From an uncultured Spirochaetota bacterium (GTDB taxonomy: Bacteria; Spirochaetota; UBA4802; UBA5550): a stretch of 64,000 nt of DNA. A model generated the notes under the pieces. It did not search any database. It was not told the origin of the DNA and worked only from the letters and a program-made list of their open reading frames with translations. Where the stretch lies: contig CAWHAA010000008.1 of assembly GCA_963827275.1 (NCBI GenBank), positions 288,001-352,000 on the forward strand, in the 5' to 3' direction. Shown here piece by piece: positions 31,096-41,104 of the stretch. The position numbers and the translations under genes were made by a program. Within the stretch, counting starts at the first letter, position 1. Each line of letters opens with the position of its first letter.

Positions 31096-32043
31096 ATGAA
31101 TATCTTATTGGTAAACAGCACCCAGTCTTTCAAAACAGCGGTTTCCAGCTCGCTGAAAGGCGCCAAGCCAAAAATACTGACTTCCGCGGGGATCGAGAAC
31201 GCACTTGTTGACATACAGAAGCATACCATCCATGTCGCCATCATCAACTGGTCGGACGGGGATTTTGACATCGAGGCCCTGTGCAGGCGGATACGGAAAA
31301 TCAAGTCAAACAAGGTCATCTACCTGCTGGTGGTCGCTCCACGGGACAGGGAGCAGGCCCTTGAAAAGATCCTCCTGGCGGGGGCCAATGATTTTATCTT
31401 TAAGCCTTTCGGGAAGGGCGAGCTCCAGTCGCGTATCAGGATCGCGGAGCGGAACATCAAGCTGGAAGAGGAAATCCTCAGGAACAAGAAACGGATGCTC
31501 ACACTGGTCAAGGAAGACCCGATAACCGGCCTTATGAACCGCCGCTGCCTCCTGGATGACATACTGAGCGAAATGGGCCGCGCGTCGCGCGAATCGAGAT
31601 ACATTTCATCGCTGATGGTGGGCATTGTCAACTTCAAGGAGCTGACGGAAATCCACGGGATGAAAATCATGGAAGAGGTCCTGGCCGAATGCGGCAGAAG
31701 GATCAAGATGTCATGCAGGCCCTATGACAAGCTCGGGCGGTACACGGTCTCGGAGTTCCTCCTCTTCCTGCCCGGTTCAGGAAAGATGAACACGGCAAAG
31801 GTTGCGAAGCGGATCGTGGGATCGCTCGTGGCCAAGCCATTTTATGTCAGGGAGATCGGGATCCAGCTTTCGCTGGCCATCGGCATAGCGGAGCTCGATC
31901 CGAAGCAGATTTCGAAGAACAACACGGTGGACAGCCACCTCCTCAATGACCTTGTCCTGGACTCAATCATAAAGAAAACGGAAATTGCAGTGAAGCAGGC
32001 CATGAGATCGGGCGTCAACAGGATAGAGATCTTCACTGAATAA
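31096..32043 (+). CDS. PleD-like receiver + degenerate GGDEF protein
   Basis: AGANDFIFKPF...EL.SRI; DPITGLMNRR; GRYTVSEF in place of GRYGGEEF; phospho-Asp position is N (IINWS). Confidence 0.85.
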   Translation: MNILLVNSTQSFKTAVSSSLKGAKPKILTSAGIENALVDIQKHTIHVAIINWSDGDFDIEALCRRIRKIKSNKVIYLLVVAPRDREQALEKILLAGANDFIFKPFGKGELQSRIRIAERNIKLEEEILRNKKRMLTLVKEDPITGLMNRRCLLDDILSEMGRASRESRYISSLMVGIVNFKELTEIHGMKIMEEVLAECGRRIKMSCRPYDKLGRYTVSEFLLFLPGSGKMNTAKVAKRIVGSLVAKPFYVREIGIQLSLAIGIAELDPKQISKNNTVDSHLLNDLVLDSIIKKTEIAVKQAMRSGVNRIEIFTE

Positions 32044-32209
32044 GCCGCCCAGGGTATTCCTCGTTATCCTCAACGCAGCAACAGTACCTCCGCGGGCCGT
32101 TTCACCGCGTGATGCAGGCGTCTCTTAAAAAAATCATGGATCAGTGCGGGATTTCATCGAGCGGGCATCCGCTTGCGGCGATCTGCGCCGTGCGGCCTGT
32201 GACGAGGGC

Positions 32210-32242
32210 AAAAAAAAAGGCGGGGTCCTTTTTACCCCGCCT
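32210..32242 (-). terminator. Rho-independent terminator of the lipase gene
   Basis: AGGCGGGGT-N7-ACCCCGCCT with a poly-U tract on the minus strand. Confidence 0.8.
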
Positions 32243-32253
32243 CCCCTAACAAA

Positions 32254-33399
32254 CTATTTTTTCTTTTTGGCGGCTTTCTTTGCAGTCTTCTTGGCTGCTT
32301 TCTTAACGGTTTTCTTAGCGGTTTTTTTTGTTGTTCCCACGGTTTTTTTTACTCCTTTTTTTATTGTTTTTTTAGCGCCCAATTTTTTGGGAGCCCTTTG
32401 AGAACCTTTATATGCTGCTTTTGCAACAGATTCCTTTTTTATTTTTTTCTTTGCCGCGTTCCTGGCGGCGACTCTCTTCTTCAAAATTTTTTTTACTTTC
32501 TTCTTTTTAATTACTTTCTTTATCGGTTTTTTCCGGCTTTTTTTCGCGATTTTTTTTCCCGCGATCGTTCTCAGTATCCAGCGGGAGACTGTCTGGAGGA
32601 CTTTTTTGTTTTCCGTCTCGTTCATGGTCTCGTGATAGAGGCCCTCGAAGACGTGGAGCTCCTTGCTGAGTGATGACGCGTTGTTGAAAAGCGCTTCGCT
32701 CCCGCGGTAATCGACTATTTTGTCGTCTTTCCCGGAGAATACCAGCAGCGGCATCCTGATCTCAAGCGACCTGTTTATGCATTCGTCTCCCGCTTTCATG
32801 AATTCCGTGAACCATCGCGCGGTGACCTTGTCGTGCACCAGGCGGTCGTTTTCATACGCGTCGATGACCGCTGCGTCATGCGAGAGGCAGGACGTGTCAA
32901 GCCCTGTCGAGAACGGCATCGATGGCGTATATTTTGACGAAATGCCGCTTAATTTCTTTTTTATTGCCGGCACATGGACCGCCGGGATAACGCCGGCTGA
33001 AGAGAGAATGAGGCCGTTGATGTCTTCGGAATATTCCAAAGCGTATTTGCAGGCGATGACGCCTCCCATGCTGTGGCCGAGCAAAATGAGCGGTATGGCG
33101 TTGTTTTCTTCCCTGATGAGGTCGATGAAAAGCTTCAAATCGTACACGTAATCCATGAAGGAATCGACGTGTCCGCGCTTGCCGCTTGATCTGCCGTGTC
33201 CGCGGTGGTCCAGGGCATATATGGAGATATTGCCGCCCTTCAGTTCGCTGATGATGTTGTCGTATCTTCCTGAATGTTCGCCGATGCCGTGAGCGATGAC
33301 GAGGATTCCGCGGGGCTTGTCGACACACCAATTCTGGAAAAATATTTCAGTACCGCCTTTTCCTATGAATGTTCCAGTATTGTGTGTGTAAGAATTCAT
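32254..33399 (-). CDS. Lysophospholipase/monoacylglycerol lipase with Lys/Ala-rich histone-H1-like C-terminal tail
   Basis: HGIGEHSGRY, DHRGHGRS, GHSMGG, GLYHE; last ~100 aa KKTAKKTVKKAAKK-type. Confidence 0.9.
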   Translation of the reverse strand: MNSYTHNTGTFIGKGGTEIFFQNWCVDKPRGILVIAHGIGEHSGRYDNIISELKGGNISIYALDHRGHGRSSGKRGHVDSFMDYVYDLKLFIDLIREENNAIPLILLGHSMGGVIACKYALEYSEDINGLILSSAGVIPAVHVPAIKKKLSGISSKYTPSMPFSTGLDTSCLSHDAAVIDAYENDRLVHDKVTARWFTEFMKAGDECINRSLEIRMPLLVFSGKDDKIVDYRGSEALFNNASSLSKELHVFEGLYHETMNETENKKVLQTVSRWILRTIAGKKIAKKSRKKPIKKVIKKKKVKKILKKRVAARNAAKKKIKKESVAKAAYKGSQRAPKKLGAKKTIKKGVKKTVGTTKKTAKKTVKKAAKKTAKKAAKKKK

Positions 33400-33571
33400 T
33401 AATAATTTCTCTTTTTTTTAACTTGTGAACATTATACTATATCAATTTACTCTTGTCGAGAAAAAAATTATTTTTGGCCCTCTAAAATAATTTTTTCAAA
33501 ATTCTTTTCCGACACTTTCCATCTCTTCAGCACGAATCGTCGTGCGCGTGTTTGTCGATGATGCCTCTCAA

Positions 33572-34324
33572 TCACAGCACCTGGATCGGGCCGCTTGCTC
33601 TTCCTTCTATGAATTGCCTTACGTACGGGTTGTCCGCTTCCCTGAAGCGCTGCGGAGCGTCCTCGTAAATTATTTTTCCGTCATACAGCATCGCGATGCG
33701 GTCGGCGATACGGCCGGCTGAACGCATGTCGTGCGTCACCACGATCGACGTAACACCGAAGGTGTCGCGCGTCTTCATGATGAGGCGGTCAACCGCGCCG
33801 CCGGTAATCGGGTCAACCCCGGTGGTCGGCTCGTCGTAGAGCATTATTTCTGGACGGATCGCGATGGAGCGGGCAAGCCCCACGCGCTTCTGCATGCCGC
33901 CGGAAAGCTCCGACACGCGCTTCTGCTCGATCTCCTTGAGCCCAACGTTTTCAAGCACCCCGGGAACGATGGTCCGTATCTGTTCTTCGGGAACGTTTTT
34001 TCTCCTGAGCCCGAAGGCGACGTTGTCATAGATATTGAGAGAATCGAAGAGCGCGGCGCCCTGGAACAGGATGCCGTATTTCGCGAGGATCGTCTGGCGT
34101 GTTTCCGCGTCGGCGCCGGTAAATTCGGTCCCGTCAACGGTGATTGATCCGCTATCAGGCTGGAGTATGCCGATGAGATGCTTCAGGATCACCGATTTTC
34201 CCACGCCGCTGATGCCAACGATGCAGAGTATTTCGTTTTCGTACACAGTGAGATCGAGCCCGTCAAGGACAACCTTGCGGCCGAAGGACTTGTGGAGATC
34301 GCGTAATACTATTTTTTCTTTCAT
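33572..34324 (-). CDS. mlaF: ABC transporter ATP-binding protein, MlaF/Mkl family
   Basis: GISGVGKS, LFQGAALFDSL, LSGGMQKRVGLAR, YDEPTTGVDP, NPYVRQF. Confidence 0.85.
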   Translation of the reverse strand: MKEKIVLRDLHKSFGRKVVLDGLDLTVYENEILCIVGISGVGKSVILKHLIGILQPDSGSITVDGTEFTGADAETRQTILAKYGILFQGAALFDSLNIYDNVAFGLRRKNVPEEQIRTIVPGVLENVGLKEIEQKRVSELSGGMQKRVGLARSIAIRPEIMLYDEPTTGVDPITGGAVDRLIMKTRDTFGVTSIVVTHDMRSAGRIADRIAMLYDGKIIYEDAPQRFREADNPYVRQFIEGRASGPIQVL

Positions 34325-34537
34325 TTTTTTCCGCTTATGAAAAAAAATAACACATATATAAAAAATGTCAATTATTTTCTGGATTATGTCGCTAAAAGTT
34401 TCATTTTTTGTCAGGTCGCTGTTTTCACTCCCGCGAGTCTGTTTCACCGAGAACAACGCGCTGTGGCGCGTGAAGATATTTTTATTTGTTGCAATTTTTA
34501 ATTTCCGGTAATTGAGTACACGTGCGATAATGCTGCC

Positions 34538-35227
34538 ATGATACTTCTGCAAAAACCGCAACTCAGCCGGTCTTCACGCTGCTCGTATCTCCCGGACCGC
34601 GAGTGCAGGTTCAACTATTTTTTTGCCATCGACCTCGACGGGCAGGAGCTGGAGGAACTTCTCGGCGCGGGCTGGCGGAAATTCGGCGAATACTACTTCC
34701 GTCCTGACTGCGGCGACTGCCGGCGCTGCGTTCCGCTCCGTGTCATTGTGCCGGAGTTCAGGCCGTCAAAGGGACAGCGGCGCATCATGCGCGCCTGCGC
34801 CGGCATAGAGGTCAGGTTTACGGACCCTGAGTATCGCGAGGAGATTTTCGAGATATACCGCGATCATTCGCTGCGCCGCTTCGGCAAGGAGTGCGATCCT
34901 GACGAATTCATCACGGCTTTTTACACACGGTCCTGCCCGTCCCTGCAGTCGGAATATTACCTCGAGGGCGAGCTGGTCGCCGTCGGCTTCATCGATGTAT
35001 CGAGCGTGGCGATGAGCTCGGTCTATTTTGTGTATAAAACGGCATACGAGGAATACCGCCTCGGCACCTTCAGTGTGATCAGGGAGGTGGGACATGCCGC
35101 ATCGCGTGGCCTGAACTACTACTATCTGGGGTATTACATCGATGAGAATGGAAGGATGGAATATAAAGGGCATTTTCATCCTCATGAAACGTACGACTGG
35201 AACACGGGCAGATGGGTCAGGGAGTGA
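34538..35227 (+). CDS. bpt: Ate/Bpt-family aminoacyl-tRNA-protein transferase
   Basis: CSYLPDR, GWRKFG..YFRP.C..C..C.PLR, FRPSKGQRR, SSVYFVY, YYYLGYYI...MEYK. Confidence 0.88.
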   Translation: MILLQKPQLSRSSRCSYLPDRECRFNYFFAIDLDGQELEELLGAGWRKFGEYYFRPDCGDCRRCVPLRVIVPEFRPSKGQRRIMRACAGIEVRFTDPEYREEIFEIYRDHSLRRFGKECDPDEFITAFYTRSCPSLQSEYYLEGELVAVGFIDVSSVAMSSVYFVYKTAYEEYRLGTFSVIREVGHAASRGLNYYYLGYYIDENGRMEYKGHFHPHETYDWNTGRWVRE

Positions 35228-35292
35228 TTACTATCTGAGAAATCGCGTCCTCTCCATTGAAGGCCGAAGGGGCCATTCATGCAATCGACGAG

Positions 35293-35835
35293 CTAAAAAA
35301 AATCATCTACAATTACATCAATAATTTTTTCTCTTCTGCACTTATTGCCAATACCGGCAGGTGCCACAAAGATCCAATTAAATTGTTTCATTCTTAAAAC
35401 ATATTCCTTGTCATATAAAGGTTTTAACCCTTTATACAAAACAAGCCTGATTCCATACATGTCATGCTCGGATAAATAAGTCGGGACAATGCCAAGAGTA
35501 ACAATAGATAAGACAGCTATGCTTGTACCAAGCGGTCCTAAATATTTAACCTGTATTTCTAAATTGTAATTATCATGTGATAGCTGATTTATTTCATTGA
35601 TATCTTTGAAATTCATTTGTTTTAAACTACTGATAATCGGTTTTTTAATATTTTTTGATTGAAGATCTGCAAAATCAAATTTATAATTTAATACTATATG
35701 AGAAAAATCAATATCAGCCTTCTGTTTTTTAACGAAAGAACGAATAGTATAGCTTTCACAAGATAAAAATATTGAAAATGATATAATCATCAGTGTTCTT
35801 AATTGTTTATGAAATATATGTCTAAAGAAGAACAT
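35293..35835 (-). CDS. Very AT-rich hypothetical lipoprotein-like protein
   Basis: Lipobox-like FLSC; hydrophobic SIVTLGIVPTY; composition sharply unlike neighbours. Confidence 0.6.
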   Translation of the reverse strand: MFFFRHIFHKQLRTLMIISFSIFLSCESYTIRSFVKKQKADIDFSHIVLNYKFDFADLQSKNIKKPIISSLKQMNFKDINEINQLSHDNYNLEIQVKYLGPLGTSIAVLSIVTLGIVPTYLSEHDMYGIRLVLYKGLKPLYDKEYVLRMKQFNWIFVAPAGIGNKCRREKIIDVIVDDFF

Positions 35836-36039
35836 ATAGAATTACCCCCACCCTTTATGTTACCTCATCAGTACAAGCCAAGGTGAAGCAATGACGTTTT
35901 ATGTGGAGCCGTCTCCTTTAAAATTAAGCCACAACCGGCAGAAATAGCGCCGGGCAGGGGCTTGAAATTTATCAACAATGAGTCGCGTTATTTATCGTAT
36001 TGCCTGCTTGAACGCATGCCGTTCATCACACCGGGGTGG

Positions 36040-36354
36040 TCACTTCTTCCTGTTTCTTTCTTCCAGAACGTATTTGCGCAACAACCTCTCGCCGCGCATT
36101 ACGTAAAGAATGAAAACGTTTTGCTTTTCAATTCGATAGAATATCCTGCAGGGATTTACAATAACCTCACGATACGCTGTTTTTATCAGTTCCGGGAGCT
36201 TTCTTCCGGAATTCGGGTGGGATTCGAGGCGCTCAGCCGCGTCAAAGATATTTTGAACGAGTCTCCGCGCCGCATCAACGTTATCCAGTGCGATGTATTC
36301 CGCGATTTCCTCAATGTCCGCCAGCGCAGTTTCTGTCCAGATCAGCCGAGCCAT
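36040..36354 (-). CDS. Type II TA toxin, RelE/ParE family
   Basis: LIWTETALADIEEIAEYIA.DN..AA, HPNSGR..PE, YREVIV.PCRIFYR. Confidence 0.9.
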   Translation of the reverse strand: MARLIWTETALADIEEIAEYIALDNVDAARRLVQNIFDAAERLESHPNSGRKLPELIKTAYREVIVNPCRIFYRIEKQNVFILYVMRGERLLRKYVLEERNRKK

Positions 36355-36599
36355 TTTCGCATTTTCCGCCTGGCGTCATCGCGTGAATAAACGCGGTTTT
36401 CAAGAACAGCCATTTCTCCACGTGCGATTCCCTCAAGTATCTGCATCCTTTCCCTCATGCTTTCATAATCGTCGGCATCGACCAGGTACGCTGAAGGCTT
36501 GCCGTGGAGGGTAATCAAAACGGGCTCCCTGGACTTGTTCAGGTCGACCAGGATTTTTGTGGCCCTTCTTTTCAACGATGTAACGATTTCTGTTTTCAT
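36342..36599 (-). CDS. Type II TA antitoxin, Phd/YefM family
   Basis: MKTEIVTSLKRRAT...EPVLITLHGKPSAYLV; overlaps the toxin start. Confidence 0.9.
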   Translation of the reverse strand: MKTEIVTSLKRRATKILVDLNKSREPVLITLHGKPSAYLVDADDYESMRERMQILEGIARGEMAVLENRVYSRDDARRKMRKWLG

Positions 36600-36601
36600 A
36601 A

Positions 36602-36623
36602 AAGTAACACTATAGTGATACTT
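36602..36623. promoter_or_regulatory. TA autoregulatory operator palindrome
   Basis: AAGTAACACTATAGTGATACTT, a 22-bp palindrome with one mismatched pair, directly upstream of the antitoxin ATG. Confidence 0.7.
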
Positions 36624-36863
36624 CCGATACGTCAAGAAGTATTGTGTAACAGACCCGGGAAAAGATAAAATGGCGGTGCGATGTCGCTCCTTTACAGGTG
36701 CCTGCTGATTGAACGAACAGGAAATGATGATAATGAAAAATTTTCGGGGACGCGGCGGCGCCATGAACGGTGAAATCGAACAGGCCCTTTTCTCCGCCTG
36801 CGGGAAAAAAAACATCAATATCAGAAATTTGAGATGACTTTATCCGAATTTTAATTGAAATGT

Positions 36864-36892
36864 GTGACAAAGTCGTCGTTTGATTGTATAAT
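36864..36892 (+). promoter_or_regulatory. Sigma70-type promoter of clpS-clpA
   Basis: GTGACA-17 bp-TATAAT. Confidence 0.7.
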
Positions 36893-36921
36893 TAATATGC
36901 CAGCGTACTGCTGGAGAGGGG

Positions 36922-37251
36922 ATGCTTATGCCGGACGGGTCAGATACCGGTTACCGTTTCGATGAAGACCAGAGCATCAGGACCGAGAAAAAGCTCGAAG
37001 AGCCGAAAATGTTCAGGGTCATTCTTCATAACGACCACTACACCACCATGGATTTCGTGGTGGAGGTGCTGGTGAAGGTGTTCCGCATGCCCGCGGCGAA
37101 GGCAGTGCAGGTGATGATGGACGTGCACAAGAAGGGGGCCGGGATGTGCGGGGTGTACACCCTGGACATCGCGGTCACCAAGGTGGGGCAGGTGCACCAG
37201 ATGGCGCTGGCGAGGGAATTTCCCCTTAAATGTTCATACGAGGAAGCGTAA
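36922..37251 (+). CDS. clpS: ATP-dependent Clp protease adaptor ClpS
   Basis: VILHNDHYTTMDFVV..L, MMDVHKKG, FPLKC. Confidence 0.95.
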   Translation: MLMPDGSDTGYRFDEDQSIRTEKKLEEPKMFRVILHNDHYTTMDFVVEVLVKVFRMPAAKAVQVMMDVHKKGAGMCGVYTLDIAVTKVGQVHQMALAREFPLKCSYEEA

Positions 37252-39514
37252 TGGAGATCAACCACGAGCTGAATAATATACTGATGGCCGCCTTCCAGGA
37301 GGCCAAGATGCGCAAGCACGAATACCTGATGCCGGAGCATATCCTGTACGCATCGCTGTAGAACGAGGCGGGGCGGGACATCATCCGCGGGAGCGGGGGC
37401 GATGTTGACGGGCTGGTGAAAAGGATCAGGGACTTTTTCAATTCAGCACGTGACCACGGTGGAGAGCGAGGAGCCGGAGCAGTCGGCGGGATTCAAGAAC
37501 GTCCTCGAGCGGGCGATATGGCACACCACGTCGGCGCAGAAAGACGAGCTCGATATCGGCGATGTCCTGGTCTCGATCTTCGACGAGACGGAGTCGTTTG
37601 CCGCCTTCTTCCTCCAGGAGGAGGGCGTCACGCGCTACAGCCTGCTGAATTACATATCGCACGGCGTGTCCCAGTATCCTGACGGGGGAGAGTCGGGGCC
37701 CGAGCCGGACGGTGAGGAGGAGGACGGGGCGAAGCAGAAGAAGGCCCCCGGGAAAAAGGCGGTCGAGTCCTTCACCACGGAGCTCACCGCGAAGGCGCGG
37801 GCGAACGAGCTCGACCCGCTGATCGGGAGAAAGGAGATCATCGAACGGACCATCCAGGTGCTGTGCCGGCGGATCAAGAACAACCCGATACACGTGGGCG
37901 ACCCGGGCGTCGGGAAGACGGCCATCACCGAGGGCCTCGCGCAGTTCATCGCGCGGGGCGACGTCCCCCTTCCGATCAGGGACGCGAAGATCTATTCCCT
38001 CGACATGGGCTCGCTCATCGCGGGCACGCGGTTCCGGGGCGACTTCGAAGAGCGGATGAAAAAGGTGATCGCCGAGCTCCAGAAGATGAAAAACGTCGAT
38101 CCTCTTCATCGACGAGATCCATACGGTCGTGGGCGCCGGGGCCGTTTCCGGCGGTTCGATGGACGCGTCGAACATGCTGAAGCCGCTCCTGTCGCACGGG
38201 AAGGTGAAGTGCATCGGCACCACCACCTACGAGGAGTACAAGAAGTATTTCGACAAGGACCGTGCCCTCTCGCGCCGGTTCCAGAAGATCGACATACCGG
38301 AGACCACCATGGATGAGACGCATGAAATCCTGGCCGGGCTCCGGGACCGCTACGAGGAATACCACCACGTGAAGTACACCGACGAGGCGCTGCGGGCCGC
38401 GGCGGAGCTTTCCGCGAAATACATCAACGACCGGTTCCTGCCGGACAAGGCGATCGACGTGATCGACGAGGCGGGGGCCTTTACCCGCATGTACCGCGAG
38501 TCGGACGAGGAGCGGATCGGGATCACGGTCCAGGACATAGAGAAGGTCGTGGCGAAGATGGCCAAGATACCGGAGAAGAGCGTCTCGTCGTCGGAGACGG
38601 GCAGGCTCAGGGACATCGAGGCGGAGCTCAAGAGGCAGATCTACGGCCAGGACAGCGCCATCGAGCACGTGTGCGAGGCGATCAAGCGGAACCGCGCCGG
38701 CTTCGGCAACCCGGACCGGCCCATCGCCTCGTTCCTCTTCGTGGGGCCCACCGGCGTCGGCAAGACCGAGCTGGCGCGCCAGCTCGCAGCGGTCCTGGGC
38801 GTGAAGCTCCACCGCTACGACATGAGCGAGTACCAGGAGAAGCACACGGTGGCGCGGCTCATCGGCGCGCCCCCGGGCTACGTGGGATACGAGGAAGGGG
38901 GGCTGCTCACCGAATCGATACGCAAGACCCCCTACGCGGTGCTTCTCCTCGACGAGATAGAGAAGGCGCACCAGGACATCTTCAACACGCTCCTCCAGGT
39001 GATGGACTACGCGACGCTGACCGACAACACCGGCAAGAAGGCGGATTTCAGGAACGTGATCATCATCATGACCTCGAACGCGGGCGCGCGGGAGATCGGC
39101 AAGGCGCAGGTCGGCTTCGATGAGCGGAAGGTGACGGAGACGGCCATCAAGGACGCGGTGGACCGGATCTTTTCGCCGGAGTTCAGGAACCGGCTCGACG
39201 CGGTGGTGAAGTTCAACGATCTGAGCCAGGAGATCATCGTCCAGATCGTGAAAAAGACGATCGACCAGTTCAGGCCGCAGCTCGCGGAGAAGAACGTCAC
39301 CCTTGAGGTGACCGACGAGTGCTACCGGTGGCTCGGCGCGAAGGGCTATTCGCCGAAATTCGGCGCGCGCGAGATCGACCGCCTGGTGCAGGACAAGATC
39401 AAGAAGTTCTTCGTGGACGAGGTGCTCTTCGGCAGGCTCGCCGCCGGCGGCAGGGCGGTCGCGGACATCGTCAATGACGACGTGGCGATCCGGGTAGAGG
39501 AGAGCGTGTCCTGA
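37251..39514 (+). CDS. clpA: ClpA AAA+ unfoldase (in-frame TAG at 37359 and frameshifts near 37445 and 38098; probably assembly errors)
   Basis: HEYLMPEH N-domain; GDPGVGKT; GTRFRGDFEER; GPTGVGKTE; DMSEYQEKHTVARLIGAPPGYVG; FSPEFRNRLD; coupled to clpS (TAATG). Confidence 0.93.
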
Positions 39515-39532
39515 CGCCCGCGCGGGGCGTCC

Positions 39533-40039
39533 CTATTCAATGTCCACCTGGAACGTCTCCAGGAAACAGCTCACCATCTGGTAGTAGCCGATGGCCACGG
39601 TCAGCTCCACCATCTCCGCGTGCGAAAGGCGCGCGGCGAGCGCGTTGAAGGTTTCATCGCTGGCTTTTCTTTTCTCGAATATCTCTTCAGTCATGCGGAG
39701 CACCAGCCGCTCGAGATCATCGAACAGCGGTGATGACGACCCGACCGAAAGCGCCTCTATCTTTTCATCCGGCATATGTAATTTCCGCGCGATCGCCCGG
39801 TGCTGGTGGACTTCATACGACGAGCCGCACAGTATGCCGGTGCGGATAATGGCCATCTCCCTGAGCGCGTGATCCAGCTTCCCGTTATATAATATCGCGG
39901 CGCCGAGGCCGATGAACTGGCGCCTGAGCGATTCGGCGTGCGCCATCATCCTGAATACGTTCAGCTTCGGCATCAGGTCGAAAAACTGCCTGCTCTTTTC
40001 ATCAAGGGCATCGTAGTCGAAATAGGGTATCCGTGACAT
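39533..40039 (-). CDS. Carboxymuconolactone decarboxylase (AhpD-like) family protein
   Basis: LNVFRMMAH, LREMAIIRTG..CGSSYE.HQH, ELTVAIGYY. Confidence 0.85.
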   Translation of the reverse strand: MSRIPYFDYDALDEKSRQFFDLMPKLNVFRMMAHAESLRRQFIGLGAAILYNGKLDHALREMAIIRTGILCGSSYEVHQHRAIARKLHMPDEKIEALSVGSSSPLFDDLERLVLRMTEEIFEKRKASDETFNALAARLSHAEMVELTVAIGYYQMVSCFLETFQVDIE

Positions 40040-40141
40040 GGTGTTTGCTTCCTGTGATAACTATCCTCATATTCAGGGTCTTCCTCGTTCCCCCATCAAC
40101 CGGCCGGCGGGTTTTTGAAACCGGCAGGTAATATTCGCCTT

Positions 40142-41104
40142 CTACCAGCCGCCGGAGGCGCCGCCGCCGCCCGAGCTCCCGCCGCCGCCGGAAAATCCGC
40201 CCGAGCCGCCGGAGCTCCATCCCCCCGAGGATGAACCGCCTGATGTCACGGTGAACCCGCCGATGGTGGCGCGGCCCTTGGCCTTCAGGTCTTTCCCGGC
40301 CTTCTTGTACCACGCGGTCCTGCCGAGGATGATCTTTGCCACGGGATAGCCGACGAGATATATTCCGAGCAGGACTATGGTGGCGGTGCCGCCCACCACG
40401 ATGATGGGAAACATTGCCCAGAAGGGGATCAGAAAAACATAGAGGAACCAGCCCATGCCGGGGGTGAGAACGCCGATGACCGTGAAGAGCCCGATGATGC
40501 CGAAGATGAAACATCCGATGAGAATGCGTTGTATGATGGGAAGGTCGGGGCCGTCGAAGAACGAATCAGAGCTTTTCCCGGCGCTCCCCGACTCATCGGG
40601 AAGCACCGCCGAGGGGTCTTCCAGCAGGGAAATGATGGCCAGGATGCCCCCGGTCACGCCGCCGTCGAAATCATTGACCTTGAAGCGCGGGGCCATGATC
40701 GTGTCGATGATGCGTCCCGCCTTCAGGTCGGTGAGCGTGCCCTCGAGGCCGTAGCCCACCTCGATGCGCATGCGCCGGTCCCCCGAAGCGATGACCACCA
40801 GCACGCCGTTGTCTTTCTCCTTCTGGCCGAGCCGCCACGCGTCAAACACGCGCGTGCAAAACTCCTCGATGCTTTCGCCGTCAAGTGTCAGCACGGTCAG
40901 CAGCGCCACCTGGTTCGTGGTGCGGTCTTCATGGGCCTTGAGCAGTCCGCTGAGGTGCTCCCTGGTCGACTGGCTCAGGATGCCGGCGGCGTCAGTCACG
41001 CGGCCTTCAAGGCGCGGCACCGGTATCAGCGCCAGCGCCGGGGCGTGGGCCAGCAGCGCAAGCAGGGCCGCCGCCAGCAATGGGGTGCTATACCGGTGTT
41101 TCAT
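40142..41104 (-). CDS. TPM-domain (YgcG-like) membrane protein
   Basis: GRVTDAAGIL, WRLGQKEKDNGVL, RIEVGYGLEG.LTD, Gly-rich end GGGGSSGGGGASGGW. Confidence 0.92.
   Translation of the reverse strand: MKHRYSTPLLAAALLALLAHAPALALIPVPRLEGRVTDAAGILSQSTREHLSGLLKAHEDRTTNQVALLTVLTLDGESIEEFCTRVFDAWRLGQKEKDNGVLVVIASGDRRMRIEVGYGLEGTLTDLKAGRIIDTIMAPRFKVNDFDGGVTGGILAIISLLEDPSAVLPDESGSAGKSSDSFFDGPDLPIIQRILIGCFIFGIIGLFTVIGVLTPGMGWFLYVFLIPFWAMFPIIVVGGTATIVLLGIYLVGYPVAKIILGRTAWYKKAGKDLKAKGRATIGGFTVTSGGSSSGGWSSGGSGGFSGGGGSSGGGGASGGW

Noticed and set aside
35228..36040. Integron cassette or attC sites around the AT-rich gene and TA pair
   Set aside because: No RYYYAAC...GTTRRRY pair with a folding stem, and no integrase in the window.
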